Shown piece after piece: positions 48,456 through 60,384 of a DNA stretch of 64,000 nucleotides; within the stretch, counting starts at the first letter, position 1; the number at the start of each line of letters is the position of its first letter. The DNA lies in assembly GCA_038087875.1 (NCBI GenBank), contig CM075979.1, forward strand, positions 79,732,001-79,796,000, in the 5' to 3' direction. The notes beneath the pieces are model-generated. The model did not search any database. It was not told where the DNA came from and was given only the letters and a program-made list of their open reading frames with translations. This DNA comes from Malacoraja senta (lineage: Eukaryota). The position numbers were made by a program, and so were the translations under genes.

Positions 48456-48684
48456 CCCACGGAGGCACCGCTGTGATTTCTTGTTTAACAGGGAGTTGCC
48501 TTTCTCATTGTCGCAACATAATCTTTCCACCAAAATTGTCTTGTAGATCCTCCTAAAGCGCAAGGATTTTGCATAAGCTCCTATAAGCAGGTGATTGGAT
48601 TGAAGATTTGGAGCGACAAACGGTAAATTGAGTTGAGGTGCAATTTATTGATCATCTGCGTGAGTGGCAGAACTGACCTGAAGT

Positions 48685-48893
48685 TCAGTTGTGTTTAGTT
48701 TACTGAGGTTCAGTGATAAGCTTTCGTTGGGTGCTAAAAAGTCAGCGGAAAGACTATACATGATTGCAATTGAACCATCCACAGTGTACAGATACATGAT
48801 AAAGGGAATAACATTTAGTGCAAGATAAAGTCCGATTAAAGATAGTCCAACGAGGTAGATTGTAGCTCAGTATGGCTCTCTAGTTGTTGATAA
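48685..48893 (-). mobile_element. Rex1/Babar 3' UTR
   Basis: Homologous to 21762-22037. Confidence 0.78.
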
Positions 48894-49347
48894 GAACCAA
48901 AATGGCCGGCTCCTAGTCCTTGGTTTCTATTTTAACCCATCGAGGGATCTGAGCAACCCTCAGGTCATGGAGTTCCAGTCCGTTTGCAGTTTTCTCTCGC
49001 TGAGCTTTCACTGTTCTGACACGCTCACAATCCCTTTACATTATCTTCCTTTTCACGAAGTGGCATTTAGCCGACCACGTTGCCATGACACTGGTTGTGC
49101 AGAAATATTTTTGCTGCTTCTCTCTAAAAGGCTGTCCCATTCTTACCTAAGGGAGGGAGGCGGAATTTGGAATCAGTTTTGAAAGGCTTAAATTATACAA
49201 CAGTCCACCGTGGGCAAACCTGGTTTGTGATTCCTCTCACAGAAAAACATGGACAAATATAGAACATAATTAAGTTGGGTGACTGCAGAAATTATTCGTG
49301 ATGTTAGTCCAGACTTTGTCTCAGAGTCCGATGAATCCTTGGGACAT

Positions 49348-49775
49348 GTTTAGTTTATTATCACGTGTACAGAGGTACAGTGAAAAGCTTTTGTTGCATG
49401 CTAACCAGTCAGCGGAAAGACAATACATGATTACAATTGAGCCATCCATGGTGTACAGATACATGATAGGGGAATAACATTTAGTGCAAGATAAAGCCAG
49501 TAAAATCCGATCATAGATAGTCCGAGGGTCACCAATGAAGTAGATAGTTCATGACTGCTCTCTAGTTGCGTTAGAACGGTTCAGTTGCCTGATAACAGCT
49601 GGGAAGAAACTGTCCCCGAATCTGGAGGTGTGCGTCTTCACACTTCTGTTCCTTTTGCCCAATGGGAGAGGGTAGAGGGAGTGGCCAGGGTGCAACTCAT
49701 CCTTGATTATGCTGCTGGCCTTGCCGAGGCAGCATGAAGTAGAAATGGAGTCAATGGAAGGGAGGTTGGTTTGTT
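49348..49775 (-). mobile_element. Rex1/Babar LINE 3' fragment
   Basis: Minus-strand 'NLPSIDSISTSCCLGKASSIIKDELHPGHSL...RSVKTHTSRFGDSFFPAVIRQLN', then 3' UTR and (TAAAC) tail. Confidence 0.88.
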
Positions 49776-50103
49776 GAATGCTCTTTGTAATGGTCTGTTA
49801 CTCCAAATACCTCTTTTATTATTTTGTATGTCTGATGCTCTGAAAGTCTGCTCACTGAGCAAGAGAGAGAGCTTGTCATCTTCTCTCTTTTGATCCACCT
49901 GCTTTCAAGATTAGTCAGGAGGTTATTTATGGGCAGTGTGCAGGAGAGAGAGGAGAAAGGATGAGGGGAGGAGCCTTTTTTCGTTGGGAAAGATAAGTGG
50001 TGTTGTTCCCCAGGAGGAAGTAAAGTGAAAACCCATTCAAATAAGCAGAGGTGTACTGAGCATTTGATGCATTAAAGCCCAAACTAAACTGAATGAATCT
50101 AAT

Positions 50104-50335
50104 GTGTACGAAGGAACTGCAGATGCTGGTTTATACCGAAGATAGTCGAATGTGAGCTTCACCTTTCTTGAGTCATCGGTGCTGGCTGTTTGTTCCGTAC
50201 CTTTTCATACCTCTAGTTTCCCTCTTCCTTGACTCTCAAACTGAAGAAGGGTCTCAACCCGAAACGTCGCCTATTCTGTTTCTCCATAGATGCTGCCTGA
50301 GCCGCTGAGTTAGTCCAGCATTTTGTGTCTATTTT
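50104..50335. mobile_element. PLE terminal element with short 5' inversion
   Basis: Flanked by tgaatgaatctaat (50090-50103) / tgaattaatctaat (50336-50349). Confidence 0.82.
50241..50268 (+). ncRNA. Minimal hammerhead ribozyme core (PLE type)
   Basis: CUGAAGA-A-GGGUC-UC-AACCC-GAAA-CG-UC; palindromic ACGU in place of stem III. Stem I is weak. Confidence 0.55.
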
Positions 50336-50353
50336 TGAATTAATCTAATTCTA

Positions 50354-50445
50354 TACACAAAAAGGTGGAGTAAGTCAGCGGGACAGGCAGCATCTCTGGA
50401 GAAAAGGAATGGGTGACGTTTTGGGTCGAGACCCTTCTTCAGACT
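50354..50445 (-). mobile_element. PLE terminal fragment
   Basis: Reverse core with perfect stem II (gggtc/gaccc) but GAAA changed to AAAA. Confidence 0.8.
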
Positions 50446-51284
50446 GTTTCTGATTGAACCAAAACACTGGGTTGGCATGGGTTTTTTGGCGAGGTTTTTC
50501 TCAATGGATACCTGTAGCACGGAAATGACTTTTGAGAAAGCAGAATGTTTGTCTGCATAGTGCTGTTCGGGAGGGGTTGGGGTGGGTAACGGGTTTAGAG
50601 AACAACAGCCTCTAACAATACTGTATGTCAAGGGGATTTCATTTTGTCCACTTGAAAAAGTTGCAAAGAAACCTTTTCACTGCACCCTCATTGTTCCCTG
50701 AGAGCTGGGTTTAATCTTGCTGTGGGGTCTGTCGGGTCTAATTCAAACAGATTGGGTGGCTAACTGCTGTGCATTTCAGCTTGCCTTTCAAAGTGGGTCT
50801 GGCTACTGGCAGGAGGTCTCTCTGCACGGCATAGAGTTAACCCAGATAGCCTTGCTCAAGTTCCTGCCTTGCTCAAGTTCCTGCCTTTCGTGACATGTTT
50901 GTAGTCTCAAAGGGTGATGAAGACATCTTTCCTCTCTCTACACAGCCAATGCATAGAAATCCTTTCATAAGAAAATATCATCTTGGGTCGGGGTGGGCAA
51001 GAAGGAAATGTCGCATTGACTGGTCAGTTTGAAGCGAGCCCGTATTGATTGTTTATTTTGTTAACTGTTTCCGCAAGTCTTTCAGCCCCCAAAGATGTTG
51101 CCTCTCACTGGGCTATGGTCATGTTGGGTGCACTTTATCCATGCTTGAGCCAAGCTGCTGCATGTCACTATGTAATTTGGATATCATAATGGCTGATCCT
51201 CTTGCGATCTTCGCAATGTCTAGACCAGTGTCTGGGATGACGTCTAGGATGGAGATTGACAGCTTCTCGATTAGTCAGGGGTTA

Positions 51285-51570
51285 TATTCAGTTAAGTGTA
51301 CCGAGGAACAGTGAAAAGCTTTAGTTGCGTGATCACCAGTCAGCAGAAAGACAATGCATGATTACAATCGATCCATTTACAGTGTATAGATAGATACATG
51401 ATGAGGGAATGCCGTTTAGTGCAAGGTAAAACCAGCAAAATGGGTTATGGGGAGAAGGCAGGAGAATGGGGTTGAGAGGGAAAGATAAATCAGCCACGAT
51501 TGAATGAAGGAGTAGACACCGTGATCCAAATGGCCTAATACTGCTCCTGTAACTCATGAACTTATGAACC
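51285..51570. mobile_element. Rex1 3' UTR (minus) abutting a CR1 3' end (plus)
   Basis: 51285-51438 matches the Rex1 UTR; 51440-51570 matches the CR1 tail (TTATGAAC). Confidence 0.75.
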
Positions 51571-52160
51571 ATTGCAAACCCATCAAGAAAGATGTCCTAT
51601 TTTCTTTTACTTTGCCATGATCCAGCAGCATTGAAGTCCCTGCTACTGTCCGAACTACAATGGCACTGATCACAGATTGAATCAATTGACATCACCATAT
51701 AAAATAATACCTTTTTGTGGGGAAAGTTGTGGAAAGCTGATATGTTTTTTCTATGTTTACACACTATTTCTTAAAGGGCAGACATAATTACCAAGGGAGG
51801 TTGCACATTTTTTCTTTAATTACATTTATCAGAAGTTAGCAACAAGATCATTTAATGTTAGGAGTGAATGTGCCTGAGTTTACAGGGAATGGCTGTACAG
51901 GGGAAGCCACGTTTCTAATTGTGAACATGCGGAGATAACGTACCAGTAGCCTTCTGCTCTCACTTCCCTGAATTTCTGTTTCTATGTCTAATGAGCAAAG
52001 TCCAGCGAGGGAAGAGAAGATCCCGGGTTGAAAGTTGGGGGTGTTGGTCAGGAAGAGGGCCGTGGTCTTGTTGGGTTAGTCAGAGAGATGACCAAGGCTG
52101 GAGATCTGGAGATCTGGTGCGGTAGTTAGGGCAATGTCAGAAAAGTAACTAGACAGAGAG

Positions 52161-52455
52161 GGCGGCACGGTGGCACAATGGTGGAGCTGCTGCCTTCCAG
52201 CGCCAGAGATCCGGGTTCGATCCCGACTACGGGTGTTGTCTGTATGGAGTTTGTACGTTCTCCCTGTGACAGCGTGGGTTTTCTCCGGGTGCTCCGGTTT
52301 CCTCCCACACTCCAAAGACATACAGGTTTGTAGTTTAATTGGCTTTGGTAAAATTGTAAATTGTCCCTAGTGTGTAGGATAGTGCTAGTGTATGGTGATC
52401 TCTTGTCAATGGGCCGAAGGACCTGTTTCCATGCTGTACCTTTAAAGTCTAAAGA
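52161..52455 (+). mobile_element. HE1-type V-SINE, full length
   Basis: A box tggcacaatgg 52171-52181, B box ggttcgatcc 52214-52223, V-domain, (AAAGTCT) tail. Confidence 0.92.
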
Positions 52456-52939
52456 TCAAAATGGAGAATACGAAGATGAATGGTGTTGGGGAGAGGGGCA
52501 TTGCTGAGAGATATCACGTACAGAGCTATCTACCTGGAGAAAGTTGGGCAATTGGGCCCATTTGTCCAGGTAACAATGGCCATTTTAAATAGATGAATCT
52601 TTTGATTAAGGCCTGCTCTAGTGTTGTAAGCACAGGAGTTTCTCAGGTCATACTTGTGCAAAATGATATTGGGCAGAAATCATCAGAACAAATCCTGTAC
52701 ACAAAATGAGGTAATTGCATATTCCAGAAGCTTCCGTGCTTGTCACGCTGTAAAAAAAAAATCTGCCTCAAAACTATTGTGAGCACGACCGTTGTGGGAA
52801 TCAGCCCTCTTTGGGACACAGAATCCATCCGTTGTTTGGGAATGCACTAAACTGTTCCCATTCCTGATCATGTGTAGGTTCCAAAGCCTTTGATCTAAGG
52901 ATGTGGCTGCCTCCTGGGACAATAGCCCAATTTGCCATT

Positions 52940-53390
52940 GCTGACCAAGATGCCCCATCCAAGCTAGTCCCATTTTCCTGTGTTTAGCCTATATCGCTCT
53001 AAACCCTTCCTGTCTGTGTGCCTGTATGTGTCTCTTAAATGCTGTTATGGTACCTTCTGTATGGTACTAACTGCAGTGATAGTACCTTCTCCGACAGCTT
53101 GTTCCATAAACCCACCACTATCTGAATGGAAAAAGTTGCCCCTCAGGTTCGTATTAAATCTAGCTCCTCACGTTAAACCTATGTCCTCTGTCTTTTTATT
53201 CCTGGTGAAAGGACTGTGCATTCACCCTGTCTATTCCCCTTATGATTATCTTTAATCATCTTTAAAATCACTTCTCAGTCTCCCGTGCGCCAAGGAATAA
53301 ATTCCTAGCCGGCCCAACCTCTCCCTACATCTCAGCCCTTCGTCCTGGCAACATCCTCGTAAATCTTTTCCATACTCTTTCCAGCTATTA
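52940..53390 (-). mobile_element. CR1 3' fragment
   Basis: Reverse 'aaagatttacgaggatgttgccagga' and 'gaggggcaactttttcc'. Confidence 0.8.
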
Positions 53391-53764
53391 TGCTGTTATT
53401 TCATCCACTTTGTGAGAAATGATGCATGGCCTTAAAATCTATCTTTTCTATTTATTTTTTTAGTTGGACAGCACAGAAATGGGTAGTGCCTTGACCAACT
53501 ACTTCCATGTCCACATTTTTGCTCATGCATATAATCCCATTTGCCCGCAGTGGAGTGGTATATTTCTATACTTTATCTATTCAGGTGCCTGTTTAAATTC
53601 GTAAAATGTTAACTTTGTACTACAGATATATTTATCTTGATTTCCGTTTTTTATTCTTACCAGAACCCAATGTGTTAATTCAAACTTGGGTTTGTATGCT
53701 CCATTGTTACCTGATACAATCTGATTGTCCATTTACCAATTGTTTCTCTTTACTGGGACACTTC

Positions 53765-54073
53765 GTTTAGTTTAGAGATACAGCGTGGAAACAGGCCCTT
53801 CGGCCCACCGGGTCCGCGTCGACCAGCGATCCCCGCACGTTAACTCTATCCTACACTAACTAAGGACAATTTTTACATTTACCAAGCCAATTAATCTACA
53901 AACCTGTACGTCTTTAGAGTGTGGGAGGAAACCGAAGATCTCGGAGAAAACCCACGCAGGTCACGGGGAGAACGTACAAACTCCATACAGACAGCACCCG
54001 TAGTCGGGATCGAACCCGGGTCTCCAGCGCTGCATTCACTGTAAGGCAGCAACTACACCGCTGCGCCACCGTG
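53765..54073 (-). mobile_element. HE1-type V-SINE, young, full length
   Basis: CpG-rich, intact boxes; short insertion in the head ('cgctgcattcactgtaa'). Confidence 0.93.
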
Positions 54074-54099
54074 AACGCCTTTCCTCCTTAGTTATTTTA

Positions 54100-54471
54100 G
54101 AGATTCAAGAGAGTTTATTGTCATGTGTCGCAGATAGGACAATGAAATTCTTGCTTTGCTTCAGCACAACAGAATATAGTAGGCATGAATAATACAGAAC
54201 AGATCAGTGTGTCCATATACCATTATATAAATATATACACACATGAATAAATAAACAGTTAAAGTGCAAATAAACAGATAATGGGCTATTAATGTTCAGA
54301 GTTTTGTATGAGTTGAGTTTAATAGCCTGATGGCTGTGGGGAAGTAGCTATTCCTGAACCTGGACGTTGCAGTCTTCAGGCTCCTGTATCTTCTACCTGA
54401 AGGTAGCGGGGAGATGAGTGCGTGGCCAGGATGGTGTGGGTCCTTGATGATGCTGCCAGCCTTTTTGAGGC
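54100..54471 (-). mobile_element. Rex1/Babar LINE 3' fragment (different UTR)
   Basis: 'LKKAGSIIKDPHHPGHALISPLPSGRRYRSLKTATSRFRNSYFPTAIRLLN'. Confidence 0.9.
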
Positions 54472-54959
54472 CAATTATTTGACTCATTAGAACTGTGTCC
54501 TTCCCTGCTACTTATACCAATGGCCCACAAATTGAAACTTGTTTCTCGGCAGACAATCGTTGAGTTGTGCAATCACCTCACCGAACATATGACATTTGGA
54601 GTGTGGCTCAGATAATAATCCAGAAACAACCTTTTGTGGGTCGGCTCAAACTCTCTCTGTAGAACCCGTTCCTTAGTCCAACAATGGTGTTGGTGCCTGC
54701 GCTCTATACAACTGGATCTTCTCCCTCTCACTCTGTGTTTTTCTCTCGGTCAGAGAAGAGGCTTCTCACCCTTGTAGCAGGTCATTAATAGAGCCTATGA
54801 ATCTCTTTCTCCGGGCTTTAGAGAACGAGTGTCTGGGTCCCATTAAAGCCACAGTCCTTTTTACTCCCCCAGCCTGAGTTGCTTCCTGCACTGCACCATG
54901 GTGCCGATCTCTGTTTGCTGATCCTCCTTGAAATCCCAGCACCGTGCAGGAGAGCTATT

Positions 54960-55655
54960 ATGTACAGAAACGTCCCTGCACGATGGAGGAACGGCACGGT
55001 GTATGGAACTATCCCTGGACTGTATAGGTTTGACGCTATATACTGTCCGTCCCTGCATTGAATGGAAGTGTTACCATGTAGAGAACTGTCACTACACTAT
55101 ATGTGTGAGGGGGGAATCATGTATGGAATTGTCCATGCTCTGTAAGTGTGGCAATGCGTACAGAACTGTCGTTGCATTATATGGGAGTGGTGTCGTGTAC
55201 AGACCTGTTGTTGCACCATAAGGAGGTGATGTTGTGTACAGGATTGTTGCTGCACTACATGGGAGTGATGTAGTCTACATATTTGTCCCTGCTTTGTGTG
55301 GGAGTGGCATTGTGCACAGACCCATCCCTGCACTGGTGGTAGAATGGCCCTGTGCAAGTGTGGCGTTGTATCCAGACCCATCCCCGCACTCTGTGGGACT
55401 GGCCCTGTGCAAGTGTGGCGTTGTATCCAGACCCATCCCTGCACTGGTGGTGGAATGGCCCTGTGCAAGTGTGGCGTTGTATCCAGACCCATCCCTGCAC
55501 TGGTGGTGGAATGGCCCTGTGCAAGTGTGGCGTTGTATCCAGACCCATCCCCGCACTGGTGGTGGAATGGCCCTGTGCAAGTGTGGCGTTGTATCCAGAC
55601 CCATCCCCGCTCTCTGTGGGACTGGCACAGTGTATAGAACCATCCCTGCACTGTA
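54960..55655. repeat. Two-tier minisatellite: degenerate ~39-bp units then ~5.5 near-identical 55/56-bp units
   Basis: 'tccagacccatcc' recurs at 55371, 55426, 55482, 55538 and 55594. Confidence 0.92.
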
Positions 55656-56309
55656 TACATAAGATGGGTTCTGGATACAGAGCAGTTTGCAGAGTATGAG
55701 AGATTTACACTGTGCAGAACTATGCTGGTGTATTTGGGAGGGGCATTTTAAAAACAAGCCTTTACTGCAGTGTACGAGACTTGCACTGAGCACAGAATGA
55801 AGCTGCGTGGAAAGCAATAGGACTAGCAACAGGAATATTTTCCAATTTTCCAGTCCGATTAGAGGAAAATGTTAATGGAATATTTATTGACGAAGAGATC
55901 CGGTGAAGAAGTTCTGGTTCGATTGACAACTACGTGATCCTTGTGCAAATTCACCACTCGTTTCAGGGGTTTCTTGTGCATTCGGTGGGAGCTCCCTCTT
56001 GTAACCATGGCAATGGCAGGCAAGTCTCCGAGTTGCATTTCATTGCTTGCACTGCGCTGTAACAGCTGCCGGTAGCTGCGATCAGCTTGTGGAGATTGCT
56101 TTCTGAGCTATAATTCCACTGCAGTGTGATTAAGCTTCATTTCACCCTCTGCTTCCTGTATGCTTTGGTTGACCTGAGCAGCATCAGGCGCCAGCACCTC
56201 CTGGAAAGGTCAAGCGTATAGGGGATCATGACCGTGTTTAATTCCCCCCCCCCCCCCCCCGGCCTGGTGTCTGAGTACATTCAGTTTCAGACAGAAGTCA
56301 TTGACTCAT

Positions 56310-57162
56310 AACATTATACAGCACAGAAACAGGTCCTTTGGCCCAACCTATCCATGTTGACCATGCCTACCCAAACCAGTACCATTTGCCTACATTTGAC
56401 CCATTCCCACAAAATGTTTCCTATCCATATACCTGTCCAACAGTCTTTTAAACACTGTAATTGTACTTGCCTCTACCACTTCATCTGGCAGCTCGTTCCA
56501 TATATCTACCACACTCAGTGGAAAACCCCCCCTACAAATTTCCTTTAAACCTTTCCCATCTTGCCATATATCCATGCCCTCTAGATTTAGATTCACCTAC
56601 CCTGGCAAAAAGACTGTGACTATCTAGACTGTCCTAGACCCCGCATAATGTTATAAACCTCCTCAGCCCCCGTCACCCAAGAGGGAAAAAGTTGCAGTTA
56701 TCTGGTCTCCTCTTGTAAATCAAGTCCTCCAATCCTTGTAAAACTTTTCTGCACTCTCTCTAGCATAATTGCATTCTTCCCATAGCATGGCAACCAGAAC
56801 CTCACACAAGCCACCGGATTGCTATAATAGGAAGCTCAGCATCATTTCTTGCTTTTAGAGCCATAAATCACAGAATCGGGCCCTTCGGCCCAGCATTCCC
56901 ATGCCGACCAATGTGCACCATCTACACTAGTCCCACCTGCCCGGGTTTGGTCCATATCCCTCTAAACATTTCCTATCGATGTACCTGTCCAAATGTATTT
57001 TAAATGCTGTTATAGTTTCTGCTTCAACTACCTCTTCTGGGCAGCTCATTCCATACACCCACCACCCTCTGTCTGGAAAAAGTTGCCCCTCAGATTCCTA
57101 TTTAATCTTTCCCCTCTCATCTTAAGTCTATGTCCTCTGGTTCTCGATTCCACGACTCTGGG
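56310..57162 (-). mobile_element. Two adjacent CR1 3' fragments
   Basis: 'VVDIWNELPDEVVEA...FKRLLDRYM' and 'SRTRGHRLKMRGERLNRNLRGNFF'. Confidence 0.85.
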
Positions 57163-57180
57163 AATGGTCCAGTGGCCAGT

Positions 57181-57458
57181 AGGCAGCACGGTGGAGCCGC
57201 GGTGGAGTTGCTGCCTTACAGTGCCAGAGACACGGGTTCTATCCTGACCGCGGGTATTGTCTGTACGGAGTTTGTATGTTCTTTCTGTGTTTTCTTCTGG
57301 GTGTTTCGGCTTCCTCCCACACTCCAAGGGTGTACAGGTTTGTAGGTTAATTTGACTTGGGTAATAAATTGACCCTGGTGTGTAGGGTAGTGCTAGCGTA
57401 TGGGAATCGCTGGTCGGGCCGAAGAGCCTGTTTCTGCGCTGTATCTCTAAACTAAACT
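57181..57458 (+). mobile_element. HE1-type V-SINE
   Basis: Head, V-domain, (TAAAC)n tail. Confidence 0.88.
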
Positions 57459-57692
57459 GAACTGCTGGTCTTTTGATTAAGGTCCCCAGGGTGATCCTGA
57501 GACCACCCATGGTGCACGATCGTTACCAATGCCATTGTGATGGCAGTGTCAGGGCATTTGACACCTCTGTCCAAATAGTTTTTGTTCCACCATCCATGAT
57601 CTGTGTCTGGCAGGTCAATGGGGTGAAGGAAGGTAGGTCCTCCATGGAAGAGCAGGCAGATGATATATTTCAGTTGAATTATCTTTGAAGCA

Positions 57693-57834
57693 CTTCTTCC
57701 TCTTCTTTCGTGTGGCGTGCACAGCCTAAAGTTGGAGGACAACTTGTTCTATTTGATCTTCTGTTTGTGCACGTCGAGTTGACTGCATTAGTCGAAACAG
57801 GGCGGGCCACGTGAAGGTTGCAATCTTCCACCCC
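57693..57834 (-). mobile_element. Ribozyme-headed short retroposon, copy 2
   Basis: TSD tttgaagc (57684-57691 / 57835-57842); (GAA)n-type tail. Confidence 0.9.
57781..57834 (-). ncRNA. Predicted minimal HDV-like ribozyme
   Basis: GGGGUGG AA GAUUGCA ACC UUCACGU GGC CCGCCCU GUUUCGA C UAA UGCAGUC; one A.C mismatch in P3. Confidence 0.72.
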
Positions 57835-59039
57835 TTTGAAGCGCTGTGTATTTTTCTTGACGTGTTCCGCTATCCCGACAACTGAGTGATTGGGCAGGTG
57901 TTGCTTGAATCATGGGAGAAGAGATGCAGAGCATTTTAACACAGGAATGACAGGGGTTGAGTGTGATTGCATCTGATGTGTTCATCTAAAGGACTTAATT
58001 GTGAGCTTGCATAAGCAGGACTCCAACGAGGGCATTCAGAAGTAGATGTAGGCGAGATTTTACTTGTGGCTTTGAGCAATTTTAAATGGCCATTCATCAT
58101 AGCTGTGAAGTGAATGGGGAATGCTCTGTGTCCTACTCCCTGGAGCCATTGAAGGATGGTGCTTTTGTATCCAACCTCTAGGCCTGGGAGTGTGATGTCA
58201 AAACAACTCCCCTGCATTGTTGCTTTCCCTTTGCATCCCGGCCCACACCAAACAAGAACAACAACAAGCACAACAAAAAGAAGAGAGAAAATATGCAGAA
58301 GTGTTGTTCCCTTTTCTACTTATCCATTCTGCCCCTGGGTTTTGTCCTCCACTAGGAGTGTTCAGCTTTGAGGGACCGAGTTCTTTAGTTCTGCTGAGTG
58401 CCCCAAAAATAAAGGTAGGGGAGTAAATGACATTGTTTTCTGTTTAAAAGAAGAAAAGCAAGAGAGGCTTGGTGGTGGAAATACATCTATGGTCACACGC
58501 TAAACATGTGATATCGTAGTTAGGCTTTGTTTCCAACTTCAGAAGCAGTGCATAAAATGTATACCTTCTTGTGTCTCACAAACAGTGACCAGTTCCTGCA
58601 TCTTTACACATCCCAGACTGTTCTTGTTTGGCGCAGGCTATAATGTGAAGAGAAAACAGCATAGGAGGGGAGTTGTATTGATATCACACTCCAATCAATG
58701 GTTCTTTTGTATCACAGGGCGACGCAGCGTCTCAGCGGTAAAGATGCTGCCTTACAGTGCCAGAGCGTCACGCTGTCCTACCTGAAGCTGCCATTAAAAC
58801 CATGCGTGCTCTATTGAGAGGTACGCTGGTTAATGCCTGCAAAGGGTAACTCTAGACCTGATGTCAGGCAGCAGCTAATCCCTGGGATAGACCATTGGTT
58901 AGCGAGTGGAAATGAACTTGAGGTAGTAAAGGTAAAGCAATGGATCATAAAGCTGTTCTGGTCACATGATTTGGTTGCTTCTGGATGATCTCCCATCGCA
59001 GCTGGAGGCAGCTGATGTCAGACCCACGTGAACTGAAAG

Positions 59040-59195
59040 GCTCTTAAAGATAGCGGAGTCAGGGGATATGGTGAGAAGGCAGGAACGGGGTCCTGATTGT
59101 GGATGATCAGCCATGATCACATGAAATGGCGGTGCTGGCTCGAAGGGCCGAATGGCCTAATCCTGCACCTATTGTCTATTGTTTCTTGTCTATTG
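59040..59195 (+). mobile_element. CR1 3' end
   Basis: (CTATTGT) tail subfamily. Confidence 0.85.
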
Positions 59196-60141
59196 TGTTT
59201 TGGGAATGTTGAATTTTGCACCTTGCGCCTGTTCGTGTGACGTGAAAACAGAAAATGCTGGAAGTGAGCTGCTGATCAGGCAGCATCGATGGAGAGAAAC
59301 AAAGAAATCATTTCAGGTTGACAACGTTCCATTGTTGCCTTTGTTTTCTGGTTTTGTGCTGATTTAGTTGCTCGAAATAAAAGCAGTGGATGGATACAAG
59401 TTCCAAACATGCTACCCTGCAGGTCTGGCCAAAATAGATTGACTGCTCATCAGGTGTTTGTGTTGTAGTCTCTGTGTGAATGAGTTTGGGCTTTGCTCTG
59501 CTCTTCCTCACTATTTCTTGAGTCATAGACGGCACAGAAATAGGCCCTTCAGCCCATTGAGTAGCTGTTGACCATGGAGCTCCTGCTACTTCACTAACCT
59601 CACTGTAACCCATTTGAACATTCCCCTCAGCCTCCCCCAGATTCTACCACTCACCCATATGCCAGAATAAATGTAGAGGCCAATTTACTTGCCAACCTAC
59701 ACATTCTTTGGGAACAAACACGAGCTCCCAGAAGAAACCCATACAATCACAGGGAGAACTTGCAAACTCCACAAGGACAGCTCCAGATGTCAGAATTGAA
59801 CATGGGCTGCTGGGGCTGGGAGGCAGGTGTACTGGTCATGCATTGTGCTGCTTTTTGGTGAATTTGCACAATTTTGTTGGAAGTGGATAGTTGGGGGGTT
59901 GCACGTACTGTACATGGACTGTACTGCACAGGGAAAGGCCATTCGGCAAACAGAATCCATGCTGAACATGAAACTGATCTTCTTTGCCTGCACTAGCTCT
60001 CTGCCTGTGTTGGTTTGAGAAATAAAAGAATTAGAAATACTGTTCCAGTTGCAAAGCTAATAATTTTCCGTACCACTTGTTCTGCTCGCTTCCTAGTGCT
60101 CGACAAACACTTGTGAATTAAAACAGCTAACACAAGTTTAT

Positions 60142-60384
60142 GTGTAGAAAGGAACTGCAGATGCAGGTTCATACCAGAGATAGACACAAAGTGCTGGAGT
60201 AACTCGGGGTTAGGCAGCATACCTGGAGAAAAGGAATGGGTGACGTTTCGGGTCAAGACCGTTCTTCAGACTGAAGAAGTCTTTTTTGAAATGGGAGTCT
60301 GAAGAAGGGTCTCGACTCGAAACATCACCTATTCTTTTTCTCCAGCCATGCTTCCTGACCCGCTGAGGTACCATCACTTTGTGC
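60142..60384. mobile_element. Fold-back PLE terminal element with a hammerhead core on each strand
   Basis: Flanked by ctaacacaagtttat (60127-60141) / ctaacataactttgt (60385-60399). Confidence 0.85.
60242..60269 (-). ncRNA. Minimal hammerhead ribozyme core (PLE type)
   Basis: CUGAAGA-A-CGGUC-UU-GACCC-GAAA-CG-UC, flanked by GU/AC. Confidence 0.55.

Noticed and set aside
50849-50887. 17-bp tandem duplication (also short ones at ~30170, ~39530, ~60462)
   Set aside because: Ordinary slippage duplications with no further structure.
52161-52230. tRNA gene (A and B boxes)
   Set aside because: It is the tRNA-derived head of an HE1 SINE and continues into the V-domain; the same applies to all similar hits.
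55097-55829. Overlapping repetitive ORFs, or a CRISPR-like array
   Set aside because: Pure tandem minisatellite with no unique spacers; frames are open on both strands because the unit lacks stops.
57790-57802. GTTTCGACT in the small retroposon read as a Pol III B box
   Set aside because: No clear A box at the expected spacing, and the same bases are better explained as the P4/J4/2 segment of the HDV-like fold. A dual role is not excluded.
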